A stretch of 5,475 bases of DNA, taken from contig NW_021830006.1 of NCBI RefSeq assembly GCF_006345805.1, forward strand, positions 1-5,475, read 5' to 3'. The translations under genes were made by a program, and so were the position numbers. Origin of the DNA: Octopus sinensis (taxonomy: Eukaryota). Below are positions 1-5,475 of this stretch, in pieces. Every line of letters starts with the position of its first letter. Position 1 is the first letter of the stretch. The notes beneath the pieces were generated by a model, which was not told where the DNA came from, searched no databases, and worked only from the letters and a program-made list of their open reading frames with translations.

Positions 1-20
1 TTTAGAAATGTATTTAAGTT

Positions 21-239
21 ATGTGTATACACGGCGTGTATAAACAAATATACACGTTTAGGCTTGTATGCACTCGTGCGCACACTCGTCTTTATATATT
101 ATGTACGCATTTACGTGTGTGTGTGTTTGTGTATGTGTGTGTATGTGCTTATGCATGTGTGCATGAATGGATATATGTATATATATATATTTTAGGACCA
201 TGCCTACATTTTAGAAAATTCCTGTGCACACTTGGTCCG

Positions 240-272
<33 letters not shown>

Positions 273-370
273 GCGTTTCTGTGTATATATGTGTATACGT
301 GTGTGTGTGTGTGGTGTGTGCTTATATATGTATATATATAATATTATCTATAGATATATATATATATATA
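21..370. repeat. Compound (AT)n/(GT)n microsatellite region
   Basis: Runs of TA and GT dinucleotides throughout, e.g. 241-268, 300-311 and 354-370. Confidence 0.95.
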
Positions 371-740
371 TGGAAGGATTGTGCAATTTTGGCATTGTAA
401 GCTACACCAAGCTAGAACGGGACGACACTGCATATTGCCAAAGATCCCACCAATGCAACCGGGACGCTTCAGGACCAGCTTCTACAACAGCCTGGGTTTC
501 AAGGCCCACACAGTTTTTTTAATATTCTCCCAGAGTCTGAGGAACTTGCACAAAGTAGATGTAGCGGTTTTTAAATCAAAGCTGGACATCTTCCTGTCAA
601 GAGTCCCAGATGAACCTACCTCACGGCAAGAGGTGCAAATGAGAGTAGCTATATCAAACTCCATTCTTCACCAAGTGCCACATATTAGAGAGGTTCGTCG
701 TAATAACAGTGTAGCACAAAACGGCGGTGCATCAGCATGA
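370..740 (+). pseudogene. Degenerate C-terminal fragment of LINE ORF2 (region downstream of the RT domain)
   Basis: Motifs are spread over three frames: EGLCNFGIVSYT in the 232..522 ORF, RTGRHC...SNSILHQ in the 381..740 ORF, and FFNILPE at 515-535 in the third frame. This implies several frameshifts, some of which locally compensate. There is no upstream RT domain. Confidence 0.75.
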
Positions 741-768
741 CCGCAGCTCTGAGCTGAAACTAAAAAAA
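370..768 (+). mobile_element. 5'-truncated non-LTR retrotransposon (CR1/L2-group LINE) 3' end with structured tail and short A-run
   Basis: Stitched translation gives EGLCNFGIVSYT / RTGRHC..P.......R.SFYNSLGFK / FFNILPE / SLRNLHKVDVAVFKSKLDIFLSRVPDEP......R.AISNSILHQ. This resembles the C-terminus of CR1/L2-group ORF2 proteins (LEGLVPN..., LFNxLP..., FKxxLDxFLxxVPDxP..., SNS) as I recall the family. It ends in GGCGGTGC-ATCA-GCATGACC..CTGAAAC (723-760) and A7 (762-768), with (AT)n on both sides. Confidence 0.85.
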
Positions 769-958
769 TATATATATATATATATATGTATTCGGATCAT
801 GTCTGCATTTTAGAAAATTCCTGCTGACCTTTTGGAATACGCATGGCGGCACCACTAATAGCCAAGACCGTTTACTCTACGTCTTAGAGTGTGTTTCTTC
901 TCCGGATTTATGTATTTCTATAAACGATCGTATATATGTATATATATATATATATATA

Positions 959-1120
959 TATCTGTAAATATAATATGTGACAATTATTCGGTAGCCATGA
1001 TAAAACTCCGAGTTTCGGATGTCGGGGCGGAAACCCACACCGCCATCTCTTCAGTTATCGGGCCATCGAAAAAATGCTATGAAAATGGTACCGAATAATT
1101 GTCACATATATTTACAGATA
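959..1120. repeat. 36-bp inverted repeat (arms 959-998 and 1085-1120, 86-nt spacer)
   Basis: Left arm TATCTGTAAATATAATATGTGACAATTATTCGGTAGCCAT versus reverse complement of right arm TATCTGTAAATATATGTGACAATTATTCGGTACCAT. They are identical apart from a 3-nt and a 1-nt indel. Confidence 0.95.
992..1065 (-). ncRNA. Type I hammerhead ribozyme (Penelope-like-element type)
   Basis: Minus RNA: GAUAA CUGAAGA GAUG GCGG UGUGGGUUU CCGC CCCGA CAUC C GAAA CUC G GAG UU UUAUC. Stem I is GAUAA/UUAUC (extendable UGGCC/GGCUA). Core is CUGAAGA (1054-1048). Stem II is GAUG/CAUC plus GCGG/CCGC. GAAA lies at 1016-1013. Stem III is the self-complementary ACUC-G-GAGU. The GUU triplet predicts cleavage between 1004 and 1003. 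Confidence 0.72.
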
Positions 1121-1184
1121 AATTCCTCTACTTACATAATATCAAAGTCTCTTTCATTCTTTTGTTGCTTTACTATTTCTATCA

Positions 1185-1220
<36 letters not shown>

Positions 1221-1406
1221 ACACACACACACATATTGTTATGTTATATTTTGGGATGGTCATTTGTTTAGCTAAATAAACACGCGCACTATCTATTCGT
1301 TCTTCATTTCAGCTTTATTATTGTTCTTCACACATCCTGTGACCTCTTCAGCGACTCTCCATCCTTCGTGTCTCTTCCTATTATATATATATAATATATA
1401 TATATA

Positions 1407-1557
1407 GGTTTCAAATTTTGTGCACAAGGCCAGTAATTTCGACTACATTGACTTCAGTGCTCAACTGGTAATAATTTTATCGACTCCCGAAAGGATGAAA
1501 GGCAAAGTTTAGCGGTGTTTCGTCCGTCTTCACTTTCAGAGTTCAAATTCCGCCGGG
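1407..1557 (-). mobile_element. Short tRNA-derived SINE (family B), 5'-truncated with inverted 5' segment
   Basis: 1422-1503 aligns to 5372-5475 (ACAAGGCC...CAACTGGTA...CCCGAAAGGATGAAAGGC). The adjacent 1510-1557 carries a B-box-like GAGTTCAAATTCC on the opposite (+) strand. Confidence 0.8.
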
Positions 1558-1666
1558 AACAAGAAATTATCTAATGAACTTCCTTAGAAACAGATGTAAG
1601 GTAAGCTAACGAAGTTCATTACATAACTTTATATTCTCTTGTCATTTATCTAATTATGCATTAACT

Positions 1667-1727
1667 ATACATACACACACATACATACATACATACATAC
1701 ATACATACATACATACATAACATACAT
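1667..1727. repeat. (TACA)n tetranucleotide microsatellite
   Basis: Near-perfect ATAC tandem run. Confidence 0.95.
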
Positions 1728-1767
1728 CCTACAAAAAGACAATTGAAAATAAAATCGAATTATATTA

Positions 1768-2000
1768 CTTTATCTTTTTACTCTTTTACTTGTTTCAGTC
1801 ATTTGACTGTGGCCATGCTGGAGCACCGCCTTTAGTCGAGCACATCGATCCCAGGACTTATTCTTTGTAAGCCTAGTACTTATTCCATCGGGCTCGTTTG
1901 CCGAACCGCTAAGTTACGGCGACATAAACACGTCAGCATCGGTTGTCAAGCGATGTTGGGGGGACAAACACAGCGCACAAACGTCTACACACACACACAA

Positions 2001-2032
<32 letters not shown>

Positions 2033-2225
2033 ACACACACATATATATATACACATATATACGACGGGCTTCTTTTAGTTTCCTTCTACCAAATCCACTC
2101 ACAAGGCTTTGGTCGGCCCGAGGCTATAGTAGAAGACACCTGCTCAAGGTGCCACGCAGTGGGACTGAACTCGGGACCATGTGGTTGGTAAGCAAGCTAC
2201 TTACCACACATCCACTCCTACTCAT
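1768..2225 (-). mobile_element. Near full-length tRNA-derived SINE (family A) with internal (GT)n tract and LINE-like 3' tail
   Basis: On the minus strand: A-box-like TGGATGTGTGG (2214-2204), B-box-like AGTTCAGTCC (2171-2162), body colinear with 4538-5150, internal CA/TA microsatellite (~1988-2061), tail GGCGGTGCTCCAGCATGGCCACAGTCAAATGACTGAAAC (1830-1792), then short (GAGTAAAA)-like repeats. Confidence 0.9.
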
Positions 2226-2623
2226 ATATATAGGAAATAGATAATGTAATCTATTTCCTGTTATCCAATATCGCCTGGAGAATATAAAAGGCACACTCTA
2301 GATTTTTGGCTGTTATTTATAGCATGTCATATGACCACATAGAGGCGCCGTCGTTTGCTCGTGCAAATGTACAGTAAAACGTGACAGTGTTTTAATGGCC
2401 CTCTTCATCCAATTATATAACACCCTTGCTTGTATACATCCTTAGGGAGCTGCACCTCTAAAACTGCTTCTAAAGGGATCTAGAATCCCCAATCCCTTAT
2501 TTCTTCTGCTTCTCCGCCATCTCAGAACCCTGGTGCTTTCCCTTATTAACATAACCACTGAGGAGAAAATTAAACTTTTATCGGAGACAGTCAGTATGAT
2601 GTAAGGGCTTGCCGGCAGTGGAT

Positions 2624-2727
2624 TTGCTGGAAGCCACTGGGAATCGCTGGGAGTCTCGCTGTGGCTGGCTGGAACCCGCTTGAACCTGCTGGGAGCCGCT
2701 GGGATCTGCTAACGGACTCCTGGGAAT
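2624..2727. repeat. Degenerate 10-bp minisatellite (consensus ~CCGCTGGGAR), about 10 units
   Basis: GCT/ACT-GG cores occur at 2626, 2636 and 2646. After a 2-nt slip, GCT recurs at 2658, 2668, 2678, 2688, 2698 and 2708. Confidence 0.75.
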
Positions 2728-2760
2728 AATCAAATAACCATATTAGATAATGCATTAAGA

Positions 2761-3075
2761 ATCACCATCGTCATCACTATCGTCTAGACCATCCTTATCG
2801 CTATTATCATTACCATCATCTTCGTCATTATCATCATAACCGTGATCAACATCATCATCATCAACATCGTTATCATCATCAACATCGTTATCATCATCAT
2901 CGTCGTGACTGTCGTCCTCCTCTTCATCATCATCGTCATTATCACCATCATCATCATCATCATCATCCTCCTCGTCATCATCATCATCATCGTCGTCGTC
3001 GTCGTCGTCATCATCATCATCATCATCATTGTTGTATTCGTCGTCGTCGTCATCATCATCACCATCGTTATCGTC
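2761..3075. repeat. Compound (ATC)n/(GTC)n trinucleotide repeat
   Basis: Continuous CAT/CGT/TAT triplet mosaic. It produces the spurious poly-Ile/Val, poly-Met and poly-Ser ORFs. Confidence 0.95.
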
Positions 3076-3093
3076 ACATATGCATATATATAC

Positions 3094-3160
<67 letters not shown>

Positions 3161-3178
3161 ATATATATAATATATATG

Positions 3179-3211
<33 letters not shown>

Positions 3212-3215
3212 GCAT
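3076..3215. repeat. Long (AT)n microsatellite
   Basis: About 135 bp of interrupted TA repeats. Confidence 0.97.
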
Positions 3216-3739
3216 ATGTGTGCACAGGACCTCATGAAACGTGTACAACAACAAAAAACATACGAAGTACGAATACATGGAATATTAACTATTTTTTCGA
3301 ACAACGAAAGGCACAAATGGAAAACAAGACAAGCAACATAAAGAACTACCCTTCATCAGTTGTCGGGTGTTTTCGTCTCTCGTATGTATGTATGTATATT
3401 GGTAAGATCCAAGGATCAATGTGTAGGGAGTAAGTGAGCTTCAAGCAATCCGTAGAAAATATTTTTAAAAAACAACTTTCAGGAACAATGGGGGTTTATC
3501 GGTGCAGAAAGTTGTGAATTCTTCACATATGGAGGAATGATAAGCTGGAAAAATTTTTTTATAATTCACGGTTGGCAACAAGGGTTACCGGATAAGCGAA
3601 TAAAAATCCAAAATTTAAGGAATGGAGTAAATATAATCCGGGCAACATTTGTTTTACAGTGAGCGGAACCTCGGAAGTAGTAATTATCCGAGCGAGGTAT
3701 ATAAGGCAGGCTACTCTTCAGGTCAAGGGTATCTTGATT

Positions 3740-3819
3740 ATATGAATAGCTATGGGGGTCCACCAGAATAAGATACCAATGAAAGTGGTCCATAAAGAGA
3801 TAATGGTTGAGAACCCCTA
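3740..3819. mobile_element. Possible orphan terminus of a hAT-type non-autonomous DNA transposon
   Basis: GGTTGAGAACCCCTA (3805-3819) reverse-complements to TAGGGGTTCTCAACC, similar to hAT/Charlie-type CAGGGGTTCTCAA termini. GGTCCA subterminal motifs occur at 3757 and 3787. No partner TIR or TSD was found. Confidence 0.4.
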
Positions 3820-3854
3820 AAAGACAAATAACTATATAGAGAGTTACATCGATG

Positions 3855-3887
<33 letters not shown>

Positions 3888-3990
3888 GAGTGAGTGAGTG
3901 AGTGAGAGAGAGACATGTGTATTCATAGACAGACACATAGGTAGAAACAGAGAGAGATAGAGAGGGAACAGAGAAGAGTGGGGAGAGATT
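3855..3990. repeat. (GA)n/(GAGT)n microsatellite with degenerate purine-rich extension
   Basis: Direct inspection. Confidence 0.9.
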
Positions 3991-4058
3991 TTAAATAGAA
4001 AACGGAGACATTATTGTGCTTATTTCACAGACAGTCAATTCCAGATTTGGGGTTATAA

Positions 4059-4066
4059 TGACGTCA
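4059..4066. promoter_or_regulatory. Perfect palindromic CRE motif (TGACGTCA)
   Basis: Exact 8-mer match only. There is no evidence of function. Confidence 0.2.
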
Positions 4067-4118
4067 GAGAAGGGAGTGCTGCCCGTGTTTGGGGCCCTTA
4101 TCGCCGCTGCTGTTGTCG

Positions 4119-4142
4119 GGCGGCGGTGGCGGCGGCGGCGGC

Positions 4143-4188
<46 letters not shown>

Positions 4189-4320
4189 TGGCGGCGGCGG
4201 CCGGTGGCGGCGGCGGTGGTGGTGGTGGTGGTGGCAATGGTGGTGGTGATGTGTGTGGTGAGTGTTGGCGATGTGTTGATGGTGCCAGTGATGGTGGCGT
4301 GTTGGTAGTCGTTGAAGTGA
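4119..4320. repeat. (GGC)n/(GGT)n trinucleotide array with a 15-bp higher-order unit GGT(GGC)4
   Basis: GGT interrupts the GGC run at roughly 15-nt spacing over ~4125-4215, and the array grades into (GGT)n. Related tracts lie at 4361-4390 and 4440-4510. Confidence 0.92.
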
Positions 4321-4512
4321 TGATAGGGCTATAGTGAACTGAAACACAGCAGGATCACCTGGTGGTGATGGTGGCGATGGTGGTGGTGACGGGCACTTAG
4401 TCATTAACTTAGTTCCTGTGTTTGGTAAAAATAAGCGGTGATTGTTGTAGTAGTAGTGTAGTTGTTGTTGTTGTTGTTGTCGATGGTGGTGGCGGTGGTG
4501 GTGGTGTGGTAG

Positions 4513-5150
4513 TTCTTTTAGCTTCTATTGGTTACTTCTTTCAATCGTTGAAACTGTGGCCATGCTTCTGCACCGCCTCAAAGAGTTTAGTCGAAAGACT
4601 TGACACCAGTACTTTATTCTGTCAGTCGCTTTTTGGCCGAACTGCTTAAGTTACGACGGCATAAACAAACCAGTACTGGTTGACAGGCGGTATGGTGGTG
4701 GGAAAAAACACAGATACACACGCACGCAAACACACGACATGCTTCTTTAAGTTTCCGTCTACCAAATCCATCCACAAGGGTTTGCTTGACCGAGGCCTAT
4801 AGTAGAAGATATCTGTCCAAGGAGCCGTTGTAGCTTTCTTAAGCTGCACTCAAATAAACTGGTGAAGACGAGAATGTATTTATCGAAGGTTTATTACTTT
4901 ACGTAAATCAGGGCTTAAGTAGCTAGTTGTTTCTGGTTTGTTAATTCAAATTCATTCAATTTTTACTGCTTCCATTATTTTGCTTCGCTTCCCTCTCGGA
5001 AGTCCACTTCGCTGCAGACCAGCTCTTTAGCTAGCCCGCAGCGAAGGTCCTGTCTACAGTTCGTCTGTCATGAATTCTGCTCTACGCCGTGCAGTAGGAC
5101 TGAACCCAGAACCATACGGTTGGAAAATAAATTTTTCACCACGCAGGCCC
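4513..5150 (-). mobile_element. Diverged family A tRNA-SINE, interrupted by a nested insertion
   Basis: Colinear with 1768-2225: tail at 4538-4577, then TTTCCGTCTACCAAATCCA...CCGAGGCCTATAGTAGAAGA. The head resumes at 5086 with B-box GGTTCAGTCC on the minus strand (5106-5097). Confidence 0.88.
4829..5086 (-). mobile_element. Solo-LTR-like insertion (~257 bp) with target-site duplication
   Basis: GCCGT at 4824-4828 and 5086-5090 flank the insert (or a 4-bp CCGT duplication if G5086 belongs to the insert). Termini are TGTAG...CTAC(G), i.e. TG..CA-type with one mismatch. An AATAAA lies on the minus strand about 60 nt before the end. Removing the insert restores the SINE. Confidence 0.65.
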
Positions 5151-5350
5151 GCTTATCGAATATTTCTAGTGATGATGGTGAGGGGTTTTGGTAACGGAAA
5201 AGAGGTGATTATGCGCTGAAATTAATAACGTTCGACTAGTGTTCCAGCCGTGACCTTTGTCCCCATTTAATCACGACTAAATTAGCAGGTATTATGATCC
5301 ATACTTAAGGTTGTTACCCAGTAACACTGAAGGAGATTTAACAGGGACTG

Positions 5351-5475
5351 TTTTATTCTTTTCTACTCTAGGTACAAGGCCCGAAATTTTGGGGGAGAGG
5401 ACCAGTCGATTAGATCAACCTCAGTACGCAACTGGTACTTAATTTATATCTATGCGACCCGAAAGGATGAAAGGC
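5351..5475 (-). mobile_element. 3' part of a family B tRNA-SINE, cut by the window edge
   Basis: Aligns to 1422-1503. It retains a G-rich segment (GGGGGAGAGGACCAG) absent from the 1407 copy, and has a T-rich tail on the plus strand (5351-5370). Confidence 0.85.

Larger units (their letters stand above)
959..1172. mobile_element. Probable Penelope-like element pseudo-LTR remnant with a partially inverted copy
   Basis: A hammerhead with palindromic stem III, an inverted duplication of the sequence downstream of the cleavage site, and an end abutting (AT)n are all known PLE features. No RT or GIY-YIG ORF is present, and the right boundary is approximate. Confidence 0.5.

Noticed and set aside
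21-341. ORFs 21..341, 889..1098, 1019..1279 and 1943..2191
   Set aside because: Dominated by YI/CV/HT dipeptide runs from dinucleotide repeats, or lying inside SINE/PLE sequence. There is no protein-family signal.
2160-2225. tRNA gene at the A/B-box region (also 5091-5150 and 1510-1557)
   Set aside because: These are SINE heads. No full cloverleaf forms, and the sequence continues into SINE body.
2624-2727. CRISPR-like array
   Set aside because: The units are 10 bp, contiguous and spacer-free, the context is eukaryotic, and there are no cas genes.
3228-3250. Plus-strand GAAACGTGTA as the 3' half of a minimal hammerhead
   Set aside because: No upstream CUGANGA or stem I partner; the upstream sequence is microsatellite.
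2784-3433. Poly-Met, poly-Ile/Val, poly-Ser and YI ORFs
   Set aside because: Direct translations of stop-free tri- and dinucleotide repeats.
3991-4404. His/Arg/Pro-rich ORF (-) and Gly-, Ala- or Arg-rich ORFs (+), including the IWGYNDVREGSAARVWGPYRRCCC frame after AG at 4043-4044
   Set aside because: They stay open only because of the GGC/GGT repeat, and several frames are open at once. The unique part matches no family I recognise. A cryptic exon cannot be excluded without RNA-seq.
4857-4895. CTGGTGAAG...TCGAAG as a hammerhead
   Set aside because: The core has mismatches at invariant positions and no stems I to III form.
1407-5475. All four SINEs on the minus strand as a sign of an enclosing plus-strand intron
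   Set aside because: Four of four in the same orientation has a 1-in-8 chance probability, the LINE is on plus, and no exon is supported.

Overview
AT-rich, microsatellite-dense eukaryotic non-coding DNA. The repeat content resembles cephalopod (Octopus-like) genomes; this is my recognition, not a database result. No intact protein-coding gene is supported, and nearly all listed ORFs are microsatellite artefacts. The window is a mosaic of retroelement pieces: (1) a 5'-truncated, frameshifted CR1/L2-group LINE 3' end at 370-768 (+); (2) four tRNA-derived SINE copies from two families on the minus strand, where the two long copies share the LINE's structured 3' tail, one short copy has a twin-priming-like 5' inversion, and one long copy is split by a ~257-bp solo-LTR-like insert with a target-site duplication; (3) a near-complete type I hammerhead ribozyme at 992-1065 (-) with a self-complementary stem III, inside a 36-bp inverted repeat, probably a Penelope-like pseudo-LTR. 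Three weaker, decayed hammerhead-like cores, an orphan hAT-like terminus and a 10-bp minisatellite are also present.
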